Below, piece after piece: positions 45,903 to 54,994 of a stretch of 57,517 nt of DNA. The notes beneath the pieces were generated by a model. The model was not told the DNA's origin, did not search any database, and was given only the letters and a program-made list of their open reading frames with translations. Position 1 is the first letter of the stretch, and every line of letters begins with the position of its first letter. Position numbers and translations under genes: made by a program. This stretch comes from a virus (lineage: Duplodnaviria; Caudoviricetes), in IMG/VR virus record IMGVR_UViG_3300034375_010865, positions 1-57,517 of that record; one strand, 5' to 3'.

Positions 45903-47084
45903 TTACGAGCTCGCAGTTGTGGATGTATACGATCCTAAACCTTGCTGACCACTACTAACAGCGACCACTGGTTCTTCAGCTTCAGTATCTAAGATAATAG
46001 AGTTGAACGCATCGATAACGTCTTCAATAACACTTGGCTTGATGACTTTTAACTGAAGCTTTCTATCATTCTCTTCTTTGACTCTTTCCAAGAATGTAAC
46101 TGGAGTCAGAATAGAAGGAGCCACAGTGTTAAAGTTTTCTGTGATATAATCATCGAACTCAGTTGTATAAAAGTCTTGAGCGGCTTTTTCAGTCGTGAAT
46201 GTGTCTGTAGCATCAAAAGTACTGACGCCGTCTGTGATGGATCCTGCTGACTCATACGCGGTTATATTGTGATAAAGCTGATATTCTGCAGCGCTGGTAT
46301 TATAGTAGTACAAACCAATAATAGTATTTGCAATTCTATCGCCATCAGTATCAATAAGTCTATACAGCTTTACCTCACGAACTTCTTCATTCAATCCCTT
46401 TGCTGCATTGGCCAAAGATTGGGTGTCATAGATATCATCTAGATTATACGCTGTTGTAGATGTATTGTACAACAAAAACTTTGTCTGAGTACTAACTACA
46501 TCTGCAAACAACGAGTTGACATTGAAATACTCACCAGCTGCGTTCTCAAAGTGGTGTGTGGCATTATATTCTTTTGTTGTACTAGTTTTGATAATTTGAT
46601 TATTATCAGCATCAAGCAGTACTTCGCCTGCAATAAAATCCGCAGCACTAGTTTTATCGTAAATTAGCTGGTTAAGATCTAATCTTTTTTCTTGTACTAA
46701 ACCGGTAGCACCTGAGGTCAATCCTCTAAAGGTTGTGCCTTTTTTAAAGACATTACTCAGATTACTACTTGTGACAATAACGTCATGCGAGTAATCGTAT
46801 TTTGCTTTTTCTTCGACTTCTCTACTACTTAACGGCCAGCCATGAAGTCTAATGTCGTCATTTAGAAGATAGAATGTCCAGTAATAATCTGTAGTTCCAT
46901 ATAAGTCATGCGAAACCTGATCCGGTCTATCTCCGTCTTGAATATTATAATAGGTATAAGAAGCAATATCGTCTTTTACTTGATCTAAGATATCAATATA
47001 GACGTTTAAATTTGTAAACTGTACAGGTCTTACCTTGTTCCCAAAGTAATAATCGATCTGAGGAAAGTTCTTAAAATAAGACAT
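45903..47084 (-). CDS. gp53: Baseplate wedge subunit (extended)
   Basis: MSYFKNFP...Y, IQDGDRPDQVSHDLYG..DYYWTF..LN, WPLS, END.K..LKVIKP. Confidence 0.85.
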   Translation of the reverse strand: MSYFKNFPQIDYYFGNKVRPVQFTNLNVYIDILDQVKDDIASYTYYNIQDGDRPDQVSHDLYGTTDYYWTFYLLNDDIRLHGWPLSSREVEEKAKYDYSHDVIVTSSNLSNVFKKGTTFRGLTSGATGLVQEKRLDLNQLIYDKTSAADFIAGEVLLDADNNQIIKTSTTKEYNATHHFENAAGEYFNVNSLFADVVSTQTKFLLYNTSTTAYNLDDIYDTQSLANAAKGLNEEVREVKLYRLIDTDGDRIANTIIGLYYYNTSAAEYQLYHNITAYESAGSITDGVSTFDATDTFTTEKAAQDFYTTEFDDYITENFNTVAPSILTPVTFLERVKEENDRKLQLKVIKPSVIEDVIDAFNSIILDTEAEEPVVAVSSGQQGLGSYTSTTASS

Positions 47085-48007
47085 TAGAATCCCTTCTCAA
47101 TATCATCTCTAACAAGGTTGTGTTCTTCCTGATACGACATTGAAATAGAAGTCTGAGTAAACTTTCCATCGTGATGGAATGATGTGGTTTCTCCATTATA
47201 TGTCGTATTGAATGATGTCAGATAGCACGGTAAGATTTTGGGAGCAACCTCTGTATTTCCATAAAATAATTCAATTTCGAAAATTGTAGGAAATTTAAAT
47301 GCACTAATAATATCTCCACCTAAAGTAGCCGGATACATGTGGTATCTAAAAAACTTTACGATCTTTTCAATTTCAGAAGCTTCGGCCGATGACGTCGGAA
47401 GCATATTAAAATTAAAGTTAAAACCTCTAAGATTTACATTTCTGAACATTGAGTAAGTATGAGTCCTCGGAACTTGAGCGGTGCCGATCATTGCACCAAA
47501 TTTAGTTCCAGTTACAGTTCCTAATGCTTTAGCGAATGTTCCAGCAGCCAATTCACCGGCATCCGCACGACCAGCTCCAAACTCTTCAGAAACAGATCCG
47601 CTGACGGCCCGTAAAAGTGTTTGTATTTTTTGACCTATACCACCGTTAACTTGTGTAAACGCTTGTGCGCCTCCTTTAACTGCAAAATTGGCAGCATTTA
47701 GTTCGGCATTTTCATACTGCATCTCATCAGCAAAATTAAGTCCAGGAGGTAAAGCCAATTCTACTGTTGCGAGTCTACGTACTTTTGGAGTAATTTTTTT
47801 AATTTCTTGTGAAATATCTTCAATATCACCAAAAACATCTGGCCCCGTCGAGGCCGGTGAAGGCGGAGTATCAATTGTTCTTTCAAGTGCAGTAAATGTT
47901 ATTTTTCCTGGATATTTTTCAGACGCCAATCCATTATTATCTTCATATGGATAGCGGTATATATTGCGCTTATTTCTGGAAGATGACCTTATTGTAGCTT
48001 GAGGCAT
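47084..48007 (-). CDS. gp48: Baseplate tail-tube cap
   Basis: YRYP, L.LP, F....LR.F.FNF.M.P.S..EA..I..IVKFFR..M.P, FP..FEI, CYLT. Confidence 0.75.
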   Translation of the reverse strand: MPQATIRSSSRNKRNIYRYPYEDNNGLASEKYPGKITFTALERTIDTPPSPASTGPDVFGDIEDISQEIKKITPKVRRLATVELALPPGLNFADEMQYENAELNAANFAVKGGAQAFTQVNGGIGQKIQTLLRAVSGSVSEEFGAGRADAGELAAGTFAKALGTVTGTKFGAMIGTAQVPRTHTYSMFRNVNLRGFNFNFNMLPTSSAEASEIEKIVKFFRYHMYPATLGGDIISAFKFPTIFEIELFYGNTEVAPKILPCYLTSFNTTYNGETTSFHHDGKFTQTSISMSYQEEHNLVRDDIEKGF

Positions 48008-48019
48008 GTACTGTTCCTG

Positions 48020-48027
48020 AATAAATA
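48020..48027 (+). promoter_or_regulatory. Late promoter variant AATAAATA for the gp4 operon
   Basis: About 22 nt upstream of gp4 start in divergent intergenic region. Confidence 0.6.
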
Positions 48028-48042
48028 CATATTGGTTTAAAT

Positions 48043-48050
48043 TATTTATA
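48043..48050 (-). promoter_or_regulatory. T4-type late promoter TATAAATA for the gp48 operon
   Basis: tatttata upstream of 48007. Confidence 0.7.
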
Positions 48051-48496
48051 TGGCTTTCATGAAAACTTACAAAGGTAGATACAAGATAAAAAAACCAGAG
48101 AAGTATTCAGGAGATCATACTCAGGTTATTTATCGATCATATTGGGAAAAGTTTGCATTTATGTGGTGCGAGAATCAGAGTCAAATCAAATCATGGTGCT
48201 CTGAAGAAACTGTTATCCCGTACATCAGTGCGGTTGACAACAAAGCACATAGATACTTTGTGGACTTGAAGATCAAGACTTCGGATAATAGAACTATCCT
48301 GGTTGAGATCAAACCAAAGAAACAAACCAAGCCTCCGGCTGGTAAAAGAAAAACAAAACGGTATATTACCGAGTCATTAGAGTATGTTCGTAATCAATGC
48401 AAGTGGAAAGCAGCCCAAGAATACTGTCTGGACCGAGGCTGGGAGTTTCAAATCTGGACAGAGGATACATTAAGACAAATGGGAATGAAGGTATAA
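48050..48496 (+). CDS. gp4: Head completion nuclease
   Basis: YKGRY...PEKY.GD...IYRSYWE, W.SEE..IPY, HRYFVD, VEIKPKKQT, N..KWKAA. Confidence 0.92.
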   Translation: MAFMKTYKGRYKIKKPEKYSGDHTQVIYRSYWEKFAFMWCENQSQIKSWCSEETVIPYISAVDNKAHRYFVDLKIKTSDNRTILVEIKPKKQTKPPAGKRKTKRYITESLEYVRNQCKWKAAQEYCLDRGWEFQIWTEDTLRQMGMKV

Positions 48497-49084
48497 ATGG
48501 CAAGCTTATTCGATAAGTTAGAACTGGAAGCGTTTCGTGCCGGTATTACACCACGATCACGCCAATCCATGGCATGGTTTCGTAGAAAAGCATCCCAATT
48601 AAAACCAAGTCGATCAGGACTTCTCAAAGATCCGTCACTGACTTTGGCTAATAGACCTGCTATTGGCGGCATGTTTATGTATTTCTATGATCCAAAGACT
48701 AAAGACACATTGCCTTATTACGACAGGTTTCCATTAACTATTATGGTAGGACCTGCTCCAAAAGGATTCTATGGTTTAAACCTGCACTATTTGCCATTAG
48801 ATATTAGAGCAAGATTCTTAGATTCGCTGCTTGACACTATAAATAATAAACGATATGATGAGACTACAAGATTTAGAGTATCATACGACATGTTGAACAG
48901 AGCATCTAAGCTTAGAGCGTTTAAACCTTGTTTCAAGAGATATTTGACTTCTAATATTAGATCCAGACTTGCCCGTGTTGATGCTCCTGAGTGGGAGATT
49001 GCAACATTCTTACCGACTGCTGACTTTGAGAAAGCTTCGAGCAGAACAGTGTACAGAGATTCTAGAAGAAAGATGGTAGCTTAA
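48497..49084 (+). CDS. gp2: DNA end protector
   Basis: MYFYDPKTKDTLPYYDRFPL, GLNLHYLP, PCFKRYL. Confidence 0.92.
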   Translation: MASLFDKLELEAFRAGITPRSRQSMAWFRRKASQLKPSRSGLLKDPSLTLANRPAIGGMFMYFYDPKTKDTLPYYDRFPLTIMVGPAPKGFYGLNLHYLPLDIRARFLDSLLDTINNKRYDETTRFRVSYDMLNRASKLRAFKPCFKRYLTSNIRSRLARVDAPEWEIATFLPTADFEKASSRTVYRDSRRKMVA

Positions 49085-49887
49085 TGGCGAGTATTGAAAC
49101 ATTAAAATCAAACATTGCTAGAGGTTTTGCCAAAGCAAACCGGTTTGAAGTACAACTGCCACCTTTAAACAGCATTCCTAAAATTACAACTAGTAGTATC
49201 ATTGACTTTATTACAGGTGAACAAAACATTTCGTTCGATCTGGGTGGAGTAATCGACACCGTTGCAGATGTAGTTCCTGAGTTTTTGATTGATGCTGCAC
49301 TACAAAGAGTTGGCATTGAGAGAACTGCAGTTCCTCCTCAAGACCTTGGTACTATACCAGGCCTTTCGTTTGGACCTAGGATTGATCTGGATGAGTCTAG
49401 AAGAACTTCTTTGTTCTGTACGTCCGTCAACATGCCCGGTAGACAGATGACAACAACAGACAGAAGTATCGGCATGGTTACACAGGCGATGCCATACGGA
49501 TTTGTCAATGATGAAGTACAAATGGTCTTTAGACTTGATCAAGACTATACTGCATACAGATATTTTTGGGAATGGCAAACCAGAATTCTAAATCCCAATA
49601 ACTTTGAGATGGGATATAAAAAAGAATACGCCAGAGACGTGACAATCTCCCAGCTCAGTCAAGAAGATGATAGCACAGTCTATAAGGTAAAACTGAGGGA
49701 TGCTTTCCCCAGAACCGTTAATGCCATTCAGCTGGCAGACGCAAATAGTAACGTTATCACTGAATTGACCGTAGATATAGCATACACCTATTGGGAACCG
49801 GAAAACGTCAATCAGATTATTGGCGGCAAAAACACACCACAGATTCTTAGAACCTTGGGTGAAAGAGTAGTTGAAGCATTTAATTAA
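49084..49887 (+). CDS. gp54: Baseplate tail-tube junction/initiator (gp19/gp54 family)
   Basis: GFAKANRFEV, C.SV.MPG, PYG, F..WQ, L.DAFP. Confidence 0.7.
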   Translation: MASIETLKSNIARGFAKANRFEVQLPPLNSIPKITTSSIIDFITGEQNISFDLGGVIDTVADVVPEFLIDAALQRVGIERTAVPPQDLGTIPGLSFGPRIDLDESRRTSLFCTSVNMPGRQMTTTDRSIGMVTQAMPYGFVNDEVQMVFRLDQDYTAYRYFWEWQTRILNPNNFEMGYKKEYARDVTISQLSQEDDSTVYKVKLRDAFPRTVNAIQLADANSNVITELTVDIAYTYWEPENVNQIIGGKNTPQILRTLGERVVEAFN

Positions 49888-49906
49888 TATTATTTTGGAG
49901 TAAATT

Positions 49907-50641
49907 ATGTTACCAAAACTTAATGATACCATGCAATATACCATGGTAATTCCTTCACAGATGAAAGAAGTCAAATTCAGACCGTATCTTGTGAAGGAAG
50001 AAAAGACAATGATGTTGGCACTTGAGTCAAATGACGCCAGACTTGTCTTAGATACTATTGCATCTACGGTGGAAAGTTGTCTGATTGACTATGAAGGTAG
50101 TGTCAGAAAGCTGACGACCTTTGATATTGAATATATGTTCTTACAGATTCGTTCTAAGTCTGTCGGTGAATCTGTTGAGTTAAACGTTTCATGTCAGGAA
50201 TGTCAACATACTCAGCAGCACACCCTGGAGTTTGATAAGATCAAACCTCCTGTTGTAAACAAAAAGCTAAAGACCCTAATCGAGATCACTGATACGATTA
50301 AGATTCAGATGAAATATCCGTCATATGTGGATCTGATGAACAGTACCTCAGGTGAAGTCTCAGGATCTGAGAATGAAAAAGCGCTTTCGACTATATTCAG
50401 TGCAATCATCTCCTGTATCGACTATATCATGGTAAACGATGAGGAAAAGATCTCGGCTGAAGATTACACATATGATCAACTGGTGGAATTCATTGAACAG
50501 TTTACGTCCGCTCAGTTCAACAAACTAAAAGAGTTTATTGTTTCAGTTCCAAACCTAGAACATGCAGTTAAATGGAAATGCGGAAGCTGCGGTCATAATA
50601 ATGAAGTCGTAATGAGAGGAACTACTGATTTTTTTCAATAA
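49907..50641 (+). CDS. gp26: Baseplate hub assembly protein
   Basis: LPKL, KFRPYLVKEEK, FDIEYMFLQIRSKSVGE, two CxxC pairs, ends DFFQ. Confidence 0.88.
   Translation: MLPKLNDTMQYTMVIPSQMKEVKFRPYLVKEEKTMMLALESNDARLVLDTIASTVESCLIDYEGSVRKLTTFDIEYMFLQIRSKSVGESVELNVSCQECQHTQQHTLEFDKIKPPVVNKKLKTLIEITDTIKIQMKYPSYVDLMNSTSGEVSGSENEKALSTIFSAIISCIDYIMVNDEEKISAEDYTYDQLVEFIEQFTSAQFNKLKEFIVSVPNLEHAVKWKCGSCGHNNEVVMRGTTDFFQ
50629..50635 (+). other. Candidate -1 ribosomal frameshift heptamer T TTT TTT
   Basis: In gp26 frame GAT TTT TTT CAA TAA; -1 frame is open into gp51. Confidence 0.55.
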
Positions 50642-50658
50642 GTCTCTCCCATAATGAT

Positions 50659-50826
50659 ATGATTAATTATTTTAAAACCAATTTCCACCTGATGCAACAT
50701 CATAAATACTCTTTAGGCGAAATTGAAAATATGGTACCTTGGGAAAGAGACATCTATATCATGTTGTTAAACGACCATCTAGAACAAGAATTAGATAGAC
50801 AAAAGCAACAACAACAAAGAAGATAG
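50659..50826 (+). CDS. gp51: Baseplate hub assembly catalyst (gp51-like); absent from ORF track
   Basis: Manual translation MINYFKTNFHLMQHHKYSLGEIENMVPWERDIYIMLL... Confidence 0.85.
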   Translation: MINYFKTNFHLMQHHKYSLGEIENMVPWERDIYIMLLNDHLEQELDRQKQQQQRR

Positions 50827-50829
50827 CGA

Positions 50830-52797
50830 ATGACCACCTTAGAAGACGTCATTGTCCAGTTACAAACCAACTCAGATAATACAGTTGCAGCTACTGAAGC
50901 TTCGACTGAAAGTATCGTTGGTTCTTTTCAATCTAACTTTACCACGCTTATCGACACGATCAGGGGTGATAGTTTAGATAAACTGGAAGCTACACGAGAA
51001 GCCAATAGAGCTGCACGCCAAGGTGCACCTGGAGCAGGTGGACTGTTGGCCGGTGCTGGTGCTGGGGCAGGCGGACTTCTGGGTGGACTCGGAGGTCTTT
51101 TAGGAGGTTTGGGCGGTATTGGTGCAGGCGCTGGCGGTTTAGGTGCCGGTTTAGGTGTACTACTCGGTGGTGCTGGAATCGGTGGTGGAGCTTTACTTGC
51201 TGGAGGTGGTATTGGTTTAGCCGGTTTAGCAGCTCTTTTATTGTCTATTAATAATTTAGATGGTAAAAAAGTTCGTGCCAATGTCAATGAGATCCTTGCT
51301 ATTAAGGATGACGTTGATGGTGTAGGAGATGTTGCAGCTGTAGGAATTACACTTGGTGCTTTAGGTGCAGGATTAATTGCATTCTCCGCAGGTTCTGCAC
51401 TAGCTTCTGTTTCTTCTGGAATGGCCGAAGGTGTAGAACTATTCACTAAAAGCAATTGGGCTGAAACAGTAAAACAAAATGTATTGACTCTACTTTCTAT
51501 TGGCGATGAGTTTCGTTTAGGTGAATTACAAGTGTTAGCTGAAAGCGGTCCGCTCGCTTTAGCTCTAGGAGGCCTTGGAATAGGCCTCGCCGCGTTTGCT
51601 GTAGGTGAAGGACTAGCAGCTAGTTCCCAAGCTATTTCACATTCAGTTGAAATGTTTACTGGACAAAATTGGGCAGAGTCTGTCAAGAATAATGTATTGA
51701 CACTTTTATCGATCGGCGACTCTTTTAAAGGCGGTGAAGTTCAGGCTGCATTTGAAAGCGGAGCATTAGCAGTAGCATTAGGAGCTTTGGGAGCTGGATT
51801 AGTTGCTTTTTCCGTAGGTGAAGGAGCGGCTGCAGCTGCTGGGGCAATGTCGGGTGCTTTAGAATTATTCACTGGACAAAACTGGGCAGAGTCTGTAAAA
51901 CAAAATGTACTGACGCTTCTCTCTATTGATGATGCTTTAGGTGGCACACTCAATATGTTGGGTGAAACAGCGCTTTTCACCGGAGCAATGACAGCAATTT
52001 CTGCTGGCTTAGTAGCTTTTGCGGTCGGTCAGGGTGCCAATCAAATGACTCAAACCTTGGATTTATTTGGTGAAAATGGATTTGCTCAAACAATTAAAGA
52101 TAATGTAGTCACGCTTCTTTCAATTAACGAATTAGCAGATGAAGGTCAAGCTCTTGAGTTCTTGGAAGCAATGACATCGATGAGCGCAGGACTTGCTTTA
52201 TTTTCTGGGGCTCGGTTGTTTGAAGGTCTGGTCACTGCTGGTAAAAACATTTTAAACTTTTTTAGTGGCGGTGATAAAAGTGCTATTGGTCAAGTAATGA
52301 AGCTGGCTGAGTCATCAGATGATATTGAAAAGGCATCTGATGGATTACAATCGATGTCTGATGCTTTAACTAGGTTTGCTGCTATTGATTTCAATGTAAA
52401 AGATGCTGACTTTACAGGACTAACTAGAAACATTCAAAAAGCAGTACCGCTGATTCAAAGTCTAGCAACTGGTGAATCTAAGCTTTTGGGAAAAGACATT
52501 CCATCTATTTTTGACCCAAGTTTGCGTTTAGATGAAATGGTTGTTGAAATTGGTAAGATTCGTGCAATATTAGGTGCTTCTGTAGAAATTAGTACTGTGG
52601 CTCCAAACCAAGTTTCTATTCCTGCAGATCAATTGAATGCTACTCAGAATCGGACTATTCAAGCACAAGCAGCCAATGTATTTAACAATGTTATAACTGA
52701 TGCATCTGTTAATACTCAATCTACAAATACTATTGTTAATGGTTCTAGTCAAACAGCAAGCGTGTATGACGAGAGAATGAGAATAATGTCTGGTTGA
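50830..52797 (+). CDS. Tape-measure-like protein
   Basis: Ala/Gly-rich helical protein with repeated NWAESVKQNVLTLLSI units; position after gp26/gp51. Confidence 0.65.
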   Translation: MTTLEDVIVQLQTNSDNTVAATEASTESIVGSFQSNFTTLIDTIRGDSLDKLEATREANRAARQGAPGAGGLLAGAGAGAGGLLGGLGGLLGGLGGIGAGAGGLGAGLGVLLGGAGIGGGALLAGGGIGLAGLAALLLSINNLDGKKVRANVNEILAIKDDVDGVGDVAAVGITLGALGAGLIAFSAGSALASVSSGMAEGVELFTKSNWAETVKQNVLTLLSIGDEFRLGELQVLAESGPLALALGGLGIGLAAFAVGEGLAASSQAISHSVEMFTGQNWAESVKNNVLTLLSIGDSFKGGEVQAAFESGALAVALGALGAGLVAFSVGEGAAAAAGAMSGALELFTGQNWAESVKQNVLTLLSIDDALGGTLNMLGETALFTGAMTAISAGLVAFAVGQGANQMTQTLDLFGENGFAQTIKDNVVTLLSINELADEGQALEFLEAMTSMSAGLALFSGARLFEGLVTAGKNILNFFSGGDKSAIGQVMKLAESSDDIEKASDGLQSMSDALTRFAAIDFNVKDADFTGLTRNIQKAVPLIQSLATGESKLLGKDIPSIFDPSLRLDEMVVEIGKIRAILGASVEISTVAPNQVSIPADQLNATQNRTIQAQAANVFNNVITDASVNTQSTNTIVNGSSQTASVYDERMRIMSG

Positions 52798-52807
52798 GGC
52801 GGATACT

Positions 52808-52838
52808 AAAAAACCCCCTAACCGAAGCTAGGGGGTTT
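52808..52838 (-). terminator. Rho-independent terminator with C(UUCG)G loop between convergent genes
   Basis: Minus strand AAACCCCCTAGC TTCG GTTAGGGGGTTT followed by T-run. Confidence 0.85.
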
Positions 52839-52844
52839 GTGAAA

Positions 52845-53753
52845 TTAGTCTTCGTTAGCCAGCTTAGAGAAGTACGACATGGTGTCGTCATCGTCGTCAG
52901 AACCGCTTGTGTCTTGTTGTGGCGCCGCTGAGACGGCTTCAACAGTCTTCATTGGCGCTGACTCAGCTGTCATAGACAGGTCCTCACGTTGCTGAGTAGT
53001 CATTGACATATCATTACCCAGAACGGTATCCAGACGAGCCTTCAGTTCCTCATAGGACTTGAAGGTAGCTGGATCAGTAAACTCACCGAGAGGATGAGCC
53101 TGTGCGTAGATACGCTCCATCTCTTCGTCATCTGCCAGTGCACCAGGCGCGGCAAACTCAGAACGATCGTAGTTACGCCAACCACCAACGTTACGAATCT
53201 TCAGTTTGAAGTCAGCACCTTCCCAAAGATCAAATGGGTTTACTGGGTCTTCATCCTCAAACTCAGGCTGCATTGCAGACATAAGCTTCTCAAAGATTTT
53301 CTGACCGTACTGATACAGGAACACCTTGCCTTCATTGGCAGGGTTACCTGAGTCAGATACAATGTAAATGTTGGAGACATAATGGAGACGACGCTTTTGA
53401 TCACGTGCAATCTCTTTATCAGATTCTACACCGGAATTCCAGAGACGTGAATTAAGTTCACCTACTGGATCCTTTTGACCGATAGTGGTGAGAGACTTCT
53501 CAATGTACCACATACCGGTAGTTTTACCCTGGAAGCCATGGTCCCAGTAACGGACCCATGGAAGTTCCTCACCTTCGGGTGCAGGGAGGAAACGGATTAC
53601 AGCGTAACCATTACCTGACTTATCGACTGTTGGTTTCCAGATACGTTCATCTGGGCCTACACGCTGTTCGGAAGACTCATTGAGTTTTGCCGCTGCGTTG
53701 ACCAGTTTGTCAATGGAAGAGGTACGGGAGTTTTTAAGTGCTGCGAGTGTCAT
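52845..53753 (-). CDS. gp32: Single-stranded DNA-binding protein
   Basis: DERIWKP.VDKSGNGYAVIRFLP, WYIE.SLTT, NPFDLWEGADFKLKIR, NYD.SEF, acidic tail. Confidence 0.95.
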   Translation of the reverse strand: MTLAALKNSRTSSIDKLVNAAAKLNESSEQRVGPDERIWKPTVDKSGNGYAVIRFLPAPEGEELPWVRYWDHGFQGKTTGMWYIEKSLTTIGQKDPVGELNSRLWNSGVESDKEIARDQKRRLHYVSNIYIVSDSGNPANEGKVFLYQYGQKIFEKLMSAMQPEFEDEDPVNPFDLWEGADFKLKIRNVGGWRNYDRSEFAAPGALADDEEMERIYAQAHPLGEFTDPATFKSYEELKARLDTVLGNDMSMTTQQREDLSMTAESAPMKTVEAVSAAPQQDTSGSDDDDDTMSYFSKLANED

Positions 53754-53792
53754 ATTTGTATATCCTTGTATGTACTGAAATATAAGAAGTGT

Positions 53793-53822
53793 ATTGTACT
53801 ATATTTTTGTGTGTTTGTAAAC
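53793..53822 (-). promoter_or_regulatory. Early/sigma70-type promoter for gp32 (GTTTACA-17-TACAAT)
   Basis: -35 TTTACA at 53821-53816, 17-bp spacer, -10 TACAAT at 53798-53793. Confidence 0.75.
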
Positions 53823-53881
53823 CCTATTTTTTAGGAAAGGTAATCGATCCTTCCTCGACCTCCATGGGTTTAAGTGGAGGA

Positions 53882-54202
53882 CTATTCTTCGGACGTGCTG
53901 TCCAAATCTCCGGTGCTGCTATCTGGGCAGACACACTCTCCGATTCCTGGGATGGCATCTGTTGATAATGGTTCTTCTGTGGGTTCCACTTCCACGGCAT
54001 CAGCTGGTTCCTCTTCAATAGGCGTAATCTCTTCCATTGGTACTTCTGGTACCGGTTCAATAACTTCTTCGGTATCTTGTTTGAATGCATCTAAGAAGTT
54101 GTCCTTATAGATATAGCTACATGCACCAATGCCTAGAATAACTAAGACAAATGGAACATACATTCCAATTAAACGTAACATAAAATTCCTCAATTTTTTC
54201 AT
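53882..54202 (-). CDS. Membrane-anchored acidic hypothetical protein
   Basis: N-terminal TM helix, E/P-rich tail; ATGA overlap with gp33. Confidence 0.6.
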   Translation of the reverse strand: MKKLRNFMLRLIGMYVPFVLVILGIGACSYIYKDNFLDAFKQDTEEVIEPVPEVPMEEITPIEEEPADAVEVEPTEEPLSTDAIPGIGECVCPDSSTGDLDSTSEE

Positions 54203-54429
54203 AGTGGTAACTTATTAATCCTTTCTAGGAAATTAAGATCACGGGCCTCAGCCTCGATCTTATCCTTAATAGAGGTATTGATCAAATTAGGTATACGATC
54301 TGCTTCAATCTCGTGTTGATCCATCAAGTCAATAACTGCATCCATATAGGGTACATCCTTCATATAGATATACTCTTCGACCATATCACAGAAACGCTTT
54401 CGGCTTAGGATCTTGTATTCAATATCCAT
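54199..54429 (-). CDS. gp33: Late transcription coactivator
   Basis: F...VE......Y.DAVI......IE...I..LI...IKDKIE.EA..LNFL; start reassigned to MDIEYK. Confidence 0.82.
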   Translation of the reverse strand: MDIEYKILSRKRFCDMVEEYIYMKDVPYMDAVIDLMDQHEIEADRIPNLINTSIKDKIEAEARDLNFLERINKLPL

Positions 54430-54601
54430 TATTCTTCTCGTTAAGAAACTCTGCATATGCTTCGTTACCACGAAGGATTTCATTAATATCATGGTTGTGT
54501 GCATATTCCATATCGAAAGCAGCCAAATTATCCAAAGCTTTTTTCTTACGAAACTTAGTGTCGAAGTGTTTCTTACGTAGTTTGTTTTTAAGTGTAGCCA
54601 T
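54419..54601 (-). CDS. Hypothetical protein
   Basis: 60-aa ORF tiling the operon. Confidence 0.55.
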   Translation of the reverse strand: MATLKNKLRKKHFDTKFRKKKALDNLAAFDMEYAHNHDINEILRGNEAYAEFLNEKNNGY

Positions 54602-54603
54602 AT

Positions 54604-54993
54604 TTATATTCCTCCTGCTGGTGTATAATAGTCGTATATTTCCTGAGTATACCGAGTTGTTTCATTAAAGTCATCAATAGATTCATTGATCACTGAACAC
54701 GGAATACTTTTCATTCCATCATATTGTTCTATTAGTATTGCTAATTTCCATCCTTCAATGTCTTCTATCGTAATATTATAACCTTCTTCTTCTGCTTTTT
54801 CAAGCATAAAGGTATCAAAAATCACATTAAATCTCTTTATGGCTTCTTTATTAATTTTACCACATCCCAGAACTTCAGCAGCAGCTAAACTGGCGATGTC
54901 TTTATATTCCATAATCATATTTTCTTTAGTGATCACCTGACTCATAGCAATACTAGGAACCAAAGCAAACAGTATTGCTATGAGTGTTTTCAT
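54604..54993 (-). CDS. Hypothetical exported protein
   Basis: Signal peptide MKTLIAILFALVPSIAMS; two Cys. Confidence 0.65.
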   Translation of the reverse strand: MKTLIAILFALVPSIAMSQVITKENMIMEYKDIASLAAAEVLGCGKINKEAIKRFNVIFDTFMLEKAEEEGYNITIEDIEGWKLAILIEQYDGMKSIPCSVINESIDDFNETTRYTQEIYDYYTPAGGI

Positions 54994-54994
54994 T

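Noticed and set aside
48838-48845. TATAAATA inside gp2
   Set aside because: Within coding sequence about 240 nt upstream of the next start; may be chance in AT-rich DNA, so not called
53824-54110. Alternative ORFs 53824-54090 (-) and 53874-54110 (+)
   Set aside because: 53882-54202 is coupled to gp33 and has a coherent TM-plus-acidic architecture; the others are overlapping frames
54601-54608. TATAAATA overlapping the start codon at 54601
   Set aside because: Too close to serve that gene; could drive late gp33/gp32 transcription but is unsupported
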